Part shown: positions 32,020-41,825 of the stretch, in pieces | Position numbering within the stretch: the first letter of the stretch is position 1 | Layout: each line of letters starts with the position of its first letter | Source: an uncultured Gammaproteobacteria bacterium | Lineage (GTDB): Bacteria; Pseudomonadota; Gammaproteobacteria; Pseudomonadales; UBA7434 | DNA: 55,213 bases | NCBI GenBank assembly: GCA_963968645.1 | Contig: CAXAHI010000001.1 | Coordinates: 1-55,213, forward strand | Direction: 5' to 3' | Position numbers and translations under genes: made by a program | Notes under the pieces: model-generated | Seen by the model: the letters and a program-made list of their open reading frames with translations, nothing else | Told to the model about the DNA's origin: nothing | Databases searched by the model: none

Positions 32020-33204
32020 ATGCGTTTAATAGGCAAACAGCTTGCAAGTAAGCTTTTGTGGGTGTTGGGTCAGGTGTTATTACTGCCAACCTTGCTAATG
32101 ACTAGCGTTCAAGCTTTTGGCGCCAGCGATGCAGTGGTTGATGAAGCCCAGCGTTGGGGTCTAAATATGACTGAGGGCGTTACTGCCGTAAGCCATGAGA
32201 TATACGATCTTCATATGCTGATCTTCTGGATCTGTGTTTGGATTGGCGTAGTTGTTTTTGGAGTGATGTTTTACTCCATGATTATGCACCGTAAATCTTC
32301 GGGTGCAGTGCCTGCTAAGTTTCATGAAAGCACAGCTGTTGAGCTAGCTTGGACACTTATCCCTGCCCTTATCTTAGTATTTATGGCGATTCCAGCGACA
32401 TCTTCGCTCATCAAAATCTATGATTCTTCAGAAGCTGAAATCAACATTAAAATTGTTGGCTACCAGTGGAAGTGGCAATACGAGTATCTTGGTGAAGATG
32501 TAAGCTTCTTTAGTAACCTTACTACGCCACAAGATGAAATTTATGGTCTTGCGCCAAAAGGTGAGCATTATCTCCTTGAAGTCGATGAGCCATTAGTTAT
32601 TCCTATTAATAAGAAGGTCCGTTTCTTAATTACTGCGAATGATGTGTTACATGCTTGGTGGGTTCCTGCCTTAGCGGTTAAGCGTGATGCGATTCCAGGA
32701 TTCGTTAATGACGCATGGACCATTATTGATGAGCCGGGCATTTACCGCGGTCAGTGTGCTGAGCTTTGTGGTAAATCGCATGGCTTTATGCCGATTGTGG
32801 TTCACGCCATGGAAGAAGCCGATTACGAAAATTGGTTAGCAGGTAAAAAAGACGAAGCCGAAGAGTTAAAAGCGGCGATGTCGCAAACGTTCACAATGGA
32901 TGAACTGTATGCTCGCGGCGAAAAAGTTTATCAGGCAAATTGCGTGGCTTGTCATGGCGCTAATGGTGGCGGTGGTCTTGGACCATCCCTTGTTGGCACC
33001 GGTATTACTACAGGCCCAATTAATGCCCATATCAATGTGATGGTCAACGGTGTTGCTGGTAATGCAGTCATGCCAGTCTTTGGCAATCAACTTAATAATA
33101 TCGACTTAGCATCTGTTATTACTTTTAAGCGTAATGCTTGGGGTAACAACATGGGCGATCAGCTCCAGCCAGTCGACATTTTAACTTTCAAGAAAAATCA
33201 ATAA
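32020..33204 (+). CDS. coxB: cytochrome c oxidase subunit II with C-terminal cytochrome c domain
   Basis: CuA site HAWWVPALAVKRDAIPG and CAELCGKSHGFM, with a C-terminal heme motif CVACHG. The ATG at 32020 has AGGAG upstream and gives a signal/TM N-terminus. Confidence 0.95.
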   Translation: MRLIGKQLASKLLWVLGQVLLLPTLLMTSVQAFGASDAVVDEAQRWGLNMTEGVTAVSHEIYDLHMLIFWICVWIGVVVFGVMFYSMIMHRKSSGAVPAKFHESTAVELAWTLIPALILVFMAIPATSSLIKIYDSSEAEINIKIVGYQWKWQYEYLGEDVSFFSNLTTPQDEIYGLAPKGEHYLLEVDEPLVIPINKKVRFLITANDVLHAWWVPALAVKRDAIPGFVNDAWTIIDEPGIYRGQCAELCGKSHGFMPIVVHAMEEADYENWLAGKKDEAEELKAAMSQTFTMDELYARGEKVYQANCVACHGANGGGGLGPSLVGTGITTGPINAHINVMVNGVAGNAVMPVFGNQLNNIDLASVITFKRNAWGNNMGDQLQPVDILTFKKNQ

Positions 33205-33216
33205 GGAGCACCGAAG

Positions 33217-34770
33217 ATGGGTGATCACGGTCCGGCAAAAGGTTTTGGGCGTTGGTTATTTACAACTAACCACAAAGATATTGGCTCAATGTACTTATGG
33301 TTCAGTTTTGCCATGTTTCTTATGGGCGGCGTGTTTGCGCTAGTCATTCGAGCTGAGTTATTTCAGCCAGGTTTACAATTAGTTGAGCCTGAGTTTTTCA
33401 ATCAAATGACAACCATGCACGGTCTCGTGATGGTGTTTGGTGCTGTTATGCCAGCGTTTGTTGGCTTAGCGAACTGGATGATTCCAATGATGGTTGGCGC
33501 GCCAGATATGGCCCTGCCACGCATGAACAACTGGAGCTTCTGGATTTTACCGTTTGCCTTCACATTGTTGGCATCAACGTTATTAATGGAAGGTGGCGGT
33601 CCTAACTTCGGTTGGACATTCTACGCACCGTTATCAACAACTTATGCACCGCCAAGCGTAACTTACTTTATCTTTGCCGTTCACATTATGGGTGCGTCAT
33701 CGATTATGGGTTCAATCAATATCATTGCAACGATATTGAATATGCGCGCACCAGGCATGACGTTAATGAAAATGCCATTGTTCGTATGGACTTGGTTAAT
33801 CACGGCTTACTTATTAATTGCGGTAATGCCAGTATTAGCCGGTTGCGTAACAATGATGTTAATGGACATTCACTTTGGCACGAGTTTCTTTAGTGCTGCA
33901 GGTGGTGGTGATCCCGTATTGTTCCAGCACGTTTTCTGGTTCTTCGGTCACCCTGAAGTGTATATCATGATCTTGCCAGCGTTCGGTATCGTTTCGGCGA
34001 TTATCCCAACGTTTGCGCGTAAGCCGTTATTTGGTTATGCCTCTATGGTGTATGCCACAGCGTCGATTGCCTTCCTATCGTTTATTGTATGGGCTCACCA
34101 TATGTTTACGGTCGGTATGCCAATTGCGGGCGAGCTCTTCTTTATGTATGCAACGATGTTAATTGCAGTGCCAACAGGCGTTAAGGTTTTCAACTGGATA
34201 TCGACCATGTTCCGCGGTTCGATGACATTTGAAACGCCAATGCTGTTTGCCATTGCCTTTGTTATCTTGTTTACCATTGGTGGTTTCTCTGGCTTGATGC
34301 TTTCGATTGCGCCAGCCGATTTCCAATACCATGACACCTATTTCGTAGTTGCTCACTTCCACTATGTATTAGTGCCGGGTGCAGTGTTCTCGATCTTCGC
34401 TGCTGTCTATTACTGGTTGCCGAAGTGGTGTGGCAACATGTATGACGAGCGATTAGGTAAAGCGCATTTTTGGTTATCGTTTGTTGGTTTAAACCTGACT
34501 TTCTTCCCAATGCACTTTGTTGGTCTAGCGGGCATGCCTCGTCGAATTCCTGACTATGCATTGCAGTTTGCTGACTTTAACCAAGTTGCTAGCATGGGCG
34601 CATTCTTATTCGGCTTTAGCCAAGTGTTCTTCTTGTTTATCGTTATCAAAACCATTCGTGGTGGCGAAAAAGCAACAGATGCCGTTTGGGATAATCCTGA
34701 AGGTTTGGAATGGACTATTCCATCTCCAGCGCCTTACCATACATTCACTACACCTCCGCCGATTAAATAA
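33217..34770 (+). CDS. coxA: cytochrome c oxidase subunit I
   Basis: WFFGHPEVYI, WAHHMFTVG and HFHYVL heme/CuB ligand motifs. 517 aa with 12 TM segments. Confidence 0.97.
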   Translation: MGDHGPAKGFGRWLFTTNHKDIGSMYLWFSFAMFLMGGVFALVIRAELFQPGLQLVEPEFFNQMTTMHGLVMVFGAVMPAFVGLANWMIPMMVGAPDMALPRMNNWSFWILPFAFTLLASTLLMEGGGPNFGWTFYAPLSTTYAPPSVTYFIFAVHIMGASSIMGSINIIATILNMRAPGMTLMKMPLFVWTWLITAYLLIAVMPVLAGCVTMMLMDIHFGTSFFSAAGGGDPVLFQHVFWFFGHPEVYIMILPAFGIVSAIIPTFARKPLFGYASMVYATASIAFLSFIVWAHHMFTVGMPIAGELFFMYATMLIAVPTGVKVFNWISTMFRGSMTFETPMLFAIAFVILFTIGGFSGLMLSIAPADFQYHDTYFVVAHFHYVLVPGAVFSIFAAVYYWLPKWCGNMYDERLGKAHFWLSFVGLNLTFFPMHFVGLAGMPRRIPDYALQFADFNQVASMGAFLFGFSQVFFLFIVIKTIRGGEKATDAVWDNPEGLEWTIPSPAPYHTFTTPPPIK

Positions 34771-34895
34771 TCGACGTAGGTGCAGTTGAAGGTTTGGGTA
34801 AGCATTGTTAAAGACAGAACAATTTAAGTAGTTAAGAAAACAGTAATATTGATTTTGATAAACGGTAAGCGGTTTTTATAACAGAGGCAGATACA

Positions 34896-35468
34896 TTGAC
34901 AGACCAACTAAATACAACTCTCTCGGTACGCAAATTAGTTGCGCGCTTAGTAGTAGTAACAGTTGTGATGTTTGGATTTGGTTTTGCATTAGTGCCGCTT
35001 TATGACTTGTTCTGCGACGTCACTGGTCTAAATGGTAAAACCAATTCTGAAGCTTTTATACCTGTTGCAGAATTAATTGATACCAGTCGCAATGTAACCG
35101 TACAGTTTATTGCGACTAACAATGAAAATATGTCGTGGGAATTTCGACCCGAAGTATTTAGCATGAAAGTGCATCCGGGCGAAGAAATTGAAACCACTTT
35201 CTATGCTAGAAATCCAACCTCAGGTGAGATGACGGCACAGGCAATACCGAGCGTATCGCCAGGTAGAGCGGCAACGTATTTTCATAAGACAGAATGTTTT
35301 TGTTTTAATCAGCAATTGTTAAGCGGTGGCTCAGCTATCGATATGCCGCTTAGATTTATTGTTGATAGAGATTTACCGGACGATGTAAATACGATTACCT
35401 TGTCCTATACATTATTTGATGTAACTGAAACGGGCGTTATTCAAGCCACGAGTTTGACGGCGCTATAA
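34896..35468 (+). CDS. ctaG: cytochrome c oxidase assembly protein Cox11/CtaG
   Basis: An N-terminal TM anchor and the copper-binding motif CFCF (HKTECFCFNQQ). The TTG start has AGAGG 8 nt upstream. Confidence 0.92.
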   Translation: MTDQLNTTLSVRKLVARLVVVTVVMFGFGFALVPLYDLFCDVTGLNGKTNSEAFIPVAELIDTSRNVTVQFIATNNENMSWEFRPEVFSMKVHPGEEIETTFYARNPTSGEMTAQAIPSVSPGRAATYFHKTECFCFNQQLLSGGSAIDMPLRFIVDRDLPDDVNTITLSYTLFDVTETGVIQATSLTAL

Positions 35469-35556
35469 ACCATTATTTTTTAAATAGTAATGCAGAAATT
35501 TTTGCGAGATTCAGCAAGCACTCCTGCAAAAACTACTGTTAGAACGGAGAGACAAA

Positions 35557-36528
35557 ATGTCAACAGACACCAATAGCAGCGTCGAAGGCTATGAACATTA
35601 TTATGTGCCGGAGCAGTCTGCATTTCCGATATTGGCATCCATAGGCCTGTTTGCTTTAATCTTTGGCTTAGCTACATTTTTAAATGAGCTTCAAGCAGAG
35701 ATGACAGGTGCTGGTCGTTATATCGCTATTGCTGGTTTTGTGATGTTAAGCGCCACATTATTCTCTTGGTTTCGTCAAACCATTATTGAAAACATGTCAG
35801 GCATGAACAGCGCACAACTTAAGCGCAGTTACGTTTGGGGCATGGGTTGGTTTATATTTTCTGAAGTCATGTTCTTTGCCGCTTTCTTTGGTGCGCTCTA
35901 TTATGTGCGTAACTTAGCCGGCCCTTGGTTGGGTGGTGAAGGTGAAAAAGGTCAGTACATGGAGTTAGCCAAAATGTGGGCTGCTTCGGGTTATGAGTAT
36001 TCATGGCCGCCATTAACAACGCCTGATGAAGCCGTCAATGGCGCGAAGGCTGCCTTTCAAGGCGCCGGAGTAGGCAATAGCATGTACCCAAGCGATGCGC
36101 ATAATGGCTTAGCGCTTTGGTTACCTATGTGGAATACCATTCTTCTTCTATCGTCTTCTGTGACTGTACATATTGCTCACATAGGCCTTAAAGAAGGTAA
36201 CCGAGCTAAATTTAAAGGCTGGCTATTTGCCACGGTTGTATTGGCAATAGCGTTTTTGTTCCTCCAGGTTGCTGAGTACTATGAAGCTTATGTTCACCTT
36301 GGCTTAACATTAGAAAGCGGCATTTACGGTACCACCTTCTTTATGTTGACAGGCTTTCATGGCTTTCACGTATTCTTAGGTATGACCATGTTGTTAATCA
36401 TGTTCTTGCGTTCAACCAAAGGTCACTTCTCACATGATGATTGCTTCGGTTTTGAAGCCGCATCATGGTACTGGCATTTCGTTGACGTTGTTTGGGTATG
36501 CTTATTCTTCTTCGTTTATATCATTTGA
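35557..36528 (+). CDS. coxC: cytochrome c oxidase subunit III
   Basis: 323 aa with a 7-TM profile and the subunit III C-terminal block FGFEAASWYWHFVDVVW. Confidence 0.95.
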   Translation: MSTDTNSSVEGYEHYYVPEQSAFPILASIGLFALIFGLATFLNELQAEMTGAGRYIAIAGFVMLSATLFSWFRQTIIENMSGMNSAQLKRSYVWGMGWFIFSEVMFFAAFFGALYYVRNLAGPWLGGEGEKGQYMELAKMWAASGYEYSWPPLTTPDEAVNGAKAAFQGAGVGNSMYPSDAHNGLALWLPMWNTILLLSSSVTVHIAHIGLKEGNRAKFKGWLFATVVLAIAFLFLQVAEYYEAYVHLGLTLESGIYGTTFFMLTGFHGFHVFLGMTMLLIMFLRSTKGHFSHDDCFGFEAASWYWHFVDVVWVCLFFFVYII

Positions 36529-36783
36529 TATTTGGGGCTCAACCATTTGCTGTTGGGGTGCTGCGTACTTACGCGCATCCCATGGAGCCCCTACTTCTAG
36601 CTGCCCCGAAAAAAATCCGTAAAGAGTTGTTCCCATTAAGGCAATCGCGAGGGCTATTCTAATGCCCAAAGAATTTAATGTTCGACGCGTTGTTCCAACA
36701 TCCTTAAACAAAAATACCAGCCCACTAGCAAGACTGATAACGAGTCCAATTAGTAAGATCACAATAATGACTTTTATTAACAT
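36502..36783 (-). CDS. small twin-transmembrane protein (DUF2909-like) of the cox cluster
   Basis: The ATG at 36783 gives MLIKVIIVILLIGLVISLASGLVFLF plus a second TM helix, then an acidic tail. It has the same opposite-strand position after coxC as I recall for PA0109. The last 27 nt overlap the coxC 3' end. Confidence 0.7.
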   Translation of the reverse strand: MLIKVIIVILLIGLVISLASGLVFLFKDVGTTRRTLNSLGIRIALAIALMGTTLYGFFSGQLEVGAPWDARKYAAPQQQMVEPQISNDINEEE

Positions 36784-36831
36784 AATTTTTTCATCCAAGT
36801 TGTTGATCGCAATGCGCTTTCATATACCGTC

Positions 36832-37560
36832 ATGATTGCAGCTTATCGCTGGGATTCCAACTGGAAAATTCTAATTACTATGCTTCTAGCATTGCCACTC
36901 TTGCTGCGCCTTGGTTTTTGGCAGTTAGAGCGTGGTGATGAGAAACAACAGTTACAGGAGCAATACGCAGCGCAAGATCAGATGTTACCGATTGAGTTAG
37001 AGAGTCAAGATGCGTCCGTTCAATCGAGCCATCAGCGCGTATATCTTATCGGTGAGTTTGATAATCAACACAATGTCTTACTTGATAATCGTATTTATGG
37101 GGGTGTTGTCGGTTATGAAGTATTAACGCCTTTTGTAACTGAAAGCGGTTTTTCGGTGCTAGTTAACCGCGGTTGGATTGCTGGCTTTGCCAATAGGCAG
37201 CAGCTACCTAATGTGCCTGTTATGGATTCAAAGGTGCGTATTATTGGTAAAATTTATGTGCCACTGGGTAAACCGGTGACATTGGCCAATGATGAGTGGT
37301 CTGAACAATGGCCTTTGGTCGTACAATGGGAGGACATATCAAGAATCGCTACTGTGCTTGATAATGAGCTTTATCCTTATTCTGTGCGTTTAGAGCCCTC
37401 AGCATCTGGTGCCCTGCTTGTTGATTGGCCAGCCGTTAATGTTCAACCAGAAAAACATTGGGGCTATGCAGTACAGTGGTTTTTAATGGCGGCAGCATTA
37501 TTCGCCTTTTGGCTCTATTCATCTATTAGGCCTCGAAATACAGACACGGCCAATCATTAA
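36832..37560 (+). CDS. SURF1 family cytochrome oxidase biogenesis protein
   Basis: N- and C-terminal TM helices flank a periplasmic domain. It has GFWQLERG at the N-terminus and HWGYAVQWF at the C-terminus, the usual SURF1/Shy1 signature. Confidence 0.9.
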   Translation: MIAAYRWDSNWKILITMLLALPLLLRLGFWQLERGDEKQQLQEQYAAQDQMLPIELESQDASVQSSHQRVYLIGEFDNQHNVLLDNRIYGGVVGYEVLTPFVTESGFSVLVNRGWIAGFANRQQLPNVPVMDSKVRIIGKIYVPLGKPVTLANDEWSEQWPLVVQWEDISRIATVLDNELYPYSVRLEPSASGALLVDWPAVNVQPEKHWGYAVQWFLMAAALFAFWLYSSIRPRNTDTANH

Positions 37561-37583
37561 GCGTTTAACATTGAGTTGAAATT

Positions 37584-38222
37584 ATGACAGCATCATTTAC
37601 ACCTAAGCAGGTCCGATCAAGTCGCATGAAGTTAGTGGTACTTTGGGCTATTCCCTTTGGTTTAATGGCCATTGCTGCTGTCGTATATAACTTAGTTGAA
37701 TCGGGTGTTATTAATGTTGGCAGTAAAAACGAAGGTGTTTTAATTCAGCCGCCTATTCAGTTAAATGGTTTGGCATTAACAACCAACGTTGAGTTAGCCA
37801 GAGACAATATTTGGGCAGGTAAATGGTCAATCGTTATTCGCGGCGGTGCTAACTGTGATGTCGACTGTTTAGATACCCTGCTAATAACACGCCAAATACA
37901 TAAGCGACTAAATAAAGAAGGTAATCGTGTGCAGCGCGTTTATTTAAGCACTGTGCCTGCGTTAAGTGATGAGCTCTCTTCGCACTTGGCAGCAGAGAAT
38001 CATTACATGAAATTAGCTGTCGTTGATGAGATAGCGAATGAAAGCGCTAATCAACTCGCCTTGATTGAGCTTGATAATGTTCTTGCCAGCGCCAACCAGA
38101 CAGTACGATTTTTTCTGGTTGATCCTGACGGCTGGGCAATGATGTATTATTTAAATGAGCATGATGGTGTGGTCATATTAAAAGACCTCAAGTACTTACT
38201 AAAATATTCAAAAGAGCGCTAA
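37584..38222 (+). CDS. membrane-anchored Sco-like/thioredoxin-fold CxxxC protein of the cox cluster (function unknown)
   Basis: TM anchor LVVLWAIPFGLMAIAAVVY. GKWSIVIRGGANCDVDCLDTL aligns with GKWTLVFFGFTHCPDICPTTL of the SenC gene at 40572, and FLVDPDGW aligns with ALINPQGY. No counterpart of the Sco copper-ligand His (IDHGG) is evident. Confidence 0.75.
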   Translation: MTASFTPKQVRSSRMKLVVLWAIPFGLMAIAAVVYNLVESGVINVGSKNEGVLIQPPIQLNGLALTTNVELARDNIWAGKWSIVIRGGANCDVDCLDTLLITRQIHKRLNKEGNRVQRVYLSTVPALSDELSSHLAAENHYMKLAVVDEIANESANQLALIELDNVLASANQTVRFFLVDPDGWAMMYYLNEHDGVVILKDLKYLLKYSKER

Positions 38223-38225
38223 AAC

Positions 38226-39269
38226 GTGTTGATAAATACTGCTGAAAAACGTAAACCAGGATTCAGACTGGCCGCATGTGCAACCGCATTTGCCGTATGC
38301 GTCATTATTTTGGGTGCCTTCACCCGCTTAGCCGATGCTGGTTTGGGCTGTCCTGACTGGCCTGTCTGTTATGGACATATACTTTGGCCAATGGATGCTG
38401 AAGAAGTGGCCGTAGCCAATGCTGCATTTCCCGACACCCCAGTTGAGCATGATAAAACCTGGCCAGAACAGGTGCATCGTTTATTAGCGACAGGCCTTGG
38501 TTTTTTCTGTATTGCGTTAGTTGGCTTAGCGTGGCGTGATCGTATTAAAAATCGTGACAGCCTTACCCCTTTTAAATTGCCGCTATTTTTACTAGGCATG
38601 GTTATTTTACAGGGTATGTTTGGGCGCTGGACGGTCACCTTAAACTTATGGCCACAAGTTGTCACAGCTCACTTGATGGGTGGCTTCACCACTCTATCGC
38701 TACTGTGGTTGCTCACATTGAGATTAAACAACTATCAATGGACGGTTTCTCCTTCTGTGATGCAGTCACTGCAATCCATTAAGCCGGTGCTGATTACCGT
38801 ATTTGTGCTCGTCATTTTTCAAATTATGCTGGGTGGCTGGACATCGTCTAATTATGCCGCGTTGGCTTGTCCCGATTTACCGATGTGCCAATCGGTATGG
38901 TGGCCCACCATGGATTTTTCTACGGGCTTTAATTTTGCCCAAGATATCGGGCCTAATTATTTAGGCGGAGTGATGGACAGCGCCGCTAGGACAGCGATTC
39001 ATTTTAGTCATCGTATTGGCGCTATTATTGTTACAATATCGGTTCTGTATTTAGTGTGGCGTTTATTAAAAACAGGATTGCCTGCTGCTAAATTATGGGC
39101 TGTAACATTAGCCGTTGTATTATTCGTACAAGTGAGCCTTGGCTTAAGTAATGTCATTTGGTCCTTGCCGTTGCCGGTAGCGGTAGCGCACAATGCAGTC
39201 GGCGCCATGCTGATGCTTGTTTTTGTGGGTTTAAGTCACCGATTCTATACAGCTAAAGTACAGGCTTAA
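38226..39269 (+). CDS. ctaA: heme A synthase (COX15/CtaA family)
   Basis: 347-aa polytopic protein with conserved His-containing helices (HRLLATG, HLMGG, HFSHRIGA, VAHNAVGA) and the Cys pair CPDWPVC. It lies between the SURF1 and heme O synthase genes. Confidence 0.9.
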   Translation: MLINTAEKRKPGFRLAACATAFAVCVIILGAFTRLADAGLGCPDWPVCYGHILWPMDAEEVAVANAAFPDTPVEHDKTWPEQVHRLLATGLGFFCIALVGLAWRDRIKNRDSLTPFKLPLFLLGMVILQGMFGRWTVTLNLWPQVVTAHLMGGFTTLSLLWLLTLRLNNYQWTVSPSVMQSLQSIKPVLITVFVLVIFQIMLGGWTSSNYAALACPDLPMCQSVWWPTMDFSTGFNFAQDIGPNYLGGVMDSAARTAIHFSHRIGAIIVTISVLYLVWRLLKTGLPAAKLWAVTLAVVLFVQVSLGLSNVIWSLPLPVAVAHNAVGAMLMLVFVGLSHRFYTAKVQA

Positions 39270-39333
39270 CCAAACACTTATAGCGATAAACTGCCCGTCA
39301 GCAATGAGACTGACGGGGTTGGAAATAATTAAA

Positions 39334-40326
39334 ATGACAAATCCAGAAGCATTAGACCCTCAAGCTATAAAGCCATTATGGCGTGATTATTTAGAACTCT
39401 GTAAACCAAACGTTGTTGCGCTAATGATATTGACGGCTATCGTCGGTATGTTCTTAGCTGTGCCGGGCATGGTGCCTATAGATATTCTTATTATCGGCAA
39501 CATCGGTATTGGCTTGTGTGCGGCTTCTTCAGCAGTTATTAACCATGTGGTTGATAAAAAAATTGATATTTTAATGACGCGAACTAAAAATCGTCCTGTT
39601 GCTCAAGGTCGAATTAGTGATACGCAGGCATTAATCTTTAGCGCAGTTATGGGCATTGGCGGTTTCGGGATGCTGATGGTTTTTGTTAACCCACTTACTG
39701 CGTGGTTAACTTTAGTTTCTTCTATTGGCTATGCGCTTATTTATACTTGCTTCTTAAAGCGAGCCACGCCTCAGAATATTGTCATTGGTGGTTTAGCCGG
39801 TGCGGCGCCTCCGTTATTGGGTTGGACTGCGGTAACGAATGATGTACATGGTTATGCATTACTTCTCGTGTTGATTATTTTTGCGTGGACACCGCCGCAT
39901 TTTTGGGCGCTAGCGATTCACCGTAAAGATGATTATGCCAAAGTCGGTATTCCCATGTTGCCCGTGACGCACGGTGATAAATATACGCGACTGCATATTT
40001 TGCTTTATACCATTATTATGTTTGTGGTTACCCTATTGCCGTTTGCCACGAAGATGTTCGGTCTTTTATATCTATTGGGTGCGGTAGTATTAGGTATTGG
40101 TTTTTTATATTGGGCTGTCATTCTGGTGATCAATAAAAACCCTGATGCGCCAATGGAAACTTTTAAGTACTCCATTATTTATTTAATGGCTTTGTTTGTC
40201 ATAATGATAGCTGATCATTACGTGTATCCGCTGGATACACGTATAGCGCCTGAGCAGCCCGCAATAGAGCTGCGAATTACGCCAGAAAAATTGTCAGGCT
40301 TTGTTCCTCTTTCTATAGCAGAATAA
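39334..40326 (+). CDS. cyoE: protoheme IX farnesyltransferase (heme O synthase)
   Basis: UbiA-family motif NHVVDKKIDILMTRTKNRP and WTPPHFWALA. The ATG at 39334 gives an N-terminus (WRDYLELCKP) like homologues. The track start is at 39304. Confidence 0.93.
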   Translation: MTNPEALDPQAIKPLWRDYLELCKPNVVALMILTAIVGMFLAVPGMVPIDILIIGNIGIGLCAASSAVINHVVDKKIDILMTRTKNRPVAQGRISDTQALIFSAVMGIGGFGMLMVFVNPLTAWLTLVSSIGYALIYTCFLKRATPQNIVIGGLAGAAPPLLGWTAVTNDVHGYALLLVLIIFAWTPPHFWALAIHRKDDYAKVGIPMLPVTHGDKYTRLHILLYTIIMFVVTLLPFATKMFGLLYLLGAVVLGIGFLYWAVILVINKNPDAPMETFKYSIIYLMALFVIMIADHYVYPLDTRIAPEQPAIELRITPEKLSGFVPLSIAE

Positions 40327-40571
40327 TTGCATAGTTGAATAGATTACTCCAAACCCAAAAAAGAAAGACTGGGTTAATGAATGAAGCATAAAACATGCGC
40401 CCTATTCTCTTCTGTATTATTTAATCACTGTTCGCGTTATTTTGTCGGCTGAACATTGACTTAATTGGCTAATCAAACGCTTAATATAGAGAGTTATAAG
40501 TGCTTTTTATTTTAACGCTAACATAAGTGATCATCCCTTAATTCATCTCCATTTTGCAGGTGCCTTGAATC

Positions 40572-41255
40572 GTGAATAAAACATCTAGCGAGAGTTCTAT
40601 CCATAAAGATCGTCAAAGCGGTATTCGTAATACGATTGTTGGTATTTTAATTTTCATTACAGTAGTGATGGTTTTATTTATTAATCGTCTATCGAAAGAG
40701 CGTATTTTGAGTCCAAAAGAAATGGTCGCTAATGGTGCGGTCATGTTTTCGGTACCAAGAGAAATAAGTCCTCTTAATTTAATCGATCAAAACCAACAGC
40801 CTTTTACCGAAAGTCAGTTTATAGGTAAGTGGACGTTAGTTTTTTTTGGTTTTACGCATTGCCCTGATATCTGCCCTACTACCTTGTCATTGTTTAATCA
40901 GATGTCTGAGCGATTGGTTGATACACCGTATGCGGTTGATACGCAGTTTTTATTAGTTAGTTTAGATCCGACGCGCGACACGCCAGAAAAAATGAAACCT
41001 TATGTAGAATATTTCAATACAGATTTTATGGGTGTTACCGGCGAATTTTTATCGATACACCGTTTTGCTAAGCAGTTAAATGTCGCTTTTCAAAAAGTAG
41101 TCACCGATGCTGATACCGGAGAATATACGATAGATCATGGCGGTAATGTCGCGCTGATTAATCCTCAAGGTTATTACCATGGCTTTTATAAGCCGCCATT
41201 GGATCTCGATCGTATGACGCTTACTTATAAATCGACTCGTGCTGATAATCTTTAA
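40572..41255 (+). CDS. senC: SCO1/SenC family copper chaperone
   Basis: TM anchor, CxxxC FGFTHCPDICPTTL and the downstream His in IDHGGNVALINPQG. GTG start. Confidence 0.92.
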   Translation: MNKTSSESSIHKDRQSGIRNTIVGILIFITVVMVLFINRLSKERILSPKEMVANGAVMFSVPREISPLNLIDQNQQPFTESQFIGKWTLVFFGFTHCPDICPTTLSLFNQMSERLVDTPYAVDTQFLLVSLDPTRDTPEKMKPYVEYFNTDFMGVTGEFLSIHRFAKQLNVAFQKVVTDADTGEYTIDHGGNVALINPQGYYHGFYKPPLDLDRMTLTYKSTRADNL

Positions 41256-41259
41256 ACAG

Positions 41260-41697
41260 ATGCGCTCTTCTTTTGTGCACATGGTTTTCCTTTCTTTATT
41301 GTTTGTTCCTTTCACACTTGTTATCAACAGCCATGCCGATGAGAAAAAATCATCGGCATTAGAGACCTATACCTCTGTAGTCCGCCATGTTGTTGATGGT
41401 GATAGCTTGTATCTTGTCGGTGTGCAGAAACAAATCAGACTATGGGGTGTTGATGCGCCTGAGTTAAAAGAGCCAGGTTATTTTGCGGCTAGAAATGCGC
41501 TGATAAAAAAAGTTAAAGGTAAGCGGCTTCGGTGTGTCACTCAAGATCATGATCGATACGGTCGTATTGTTGCTCGTTGTTTTATGGCGGCCAGCAATAA
41601 CAAACCAGCTCTAGATATTAATGAATGGATGCTTAAAAGCCGCACGGCCAAAGAGTACTGTTACTTCACTAAAGGGTTTTACGGTTACTGTAATTAA
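41260..41697 (+). CDS. secreted thermonuclease (SNase-like) family nuclease
   Basis: The ATG lies 4 nt after the senC stop. The signal peptide is MRSSFVHMVFLSLLFVPFTLVINSHA. SNase catalytic blocks are present: VVDGDS, IRLWGVDAPE and DRYGRIVA. There are four Cys residues. Confidence 0.85.
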   Translation: MRSSFVHMVFLSLLFVPFTLVINSHADEKKSSALETYTSVVRHVVDGDSLYLVGVQKQIRLWGVDAPELKEPGYFAARNALIKKVKGKRLRCVTQDHDRYGRIVARCFMAASNNKPALDINEWMLKSRTAKEYCYFTKGFYGYCN

Positions 41698-41742
41698 AAT
41701 GACCCAGATTGGGTGTGTTGCTGGCGTGTACTTTCTCGAGGC

Positions 41743-41770
41743 ATAAAAAAACGGGCTCCGAAGAGCCCGT
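41743..41770 (-). terminator. rho-independent terminator of the small secreted-protein gene
   Basis: On the minus strand it reads ACGGGCTC-TTCG-GAGCCCGT followed by TTTTTTTA. That is a perfect 8-bp GC-rich stem, a UUCG tetraloop and a U-tract, located 56 nt after the stop at 41826. Confidence 0.85.
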
Positions 41771-41825
41771 ACGAGGAGGATAATAATATAAAAACAATCA
41801 AAAAATAAAAATAACAAACAATGAC

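Noticed and set aside
41611-41817. 68-aa minus-strand ORF spanning the nuclease 3' end, and the 108-aa ORF at 42037-42363
   Set aside because: The first runs straight through the strong intrinsic terminator hairpin and overlaps the nuclease gene. The second overlaps the better-supported small secreted-protein gene in another frame. Both were judged spurious.
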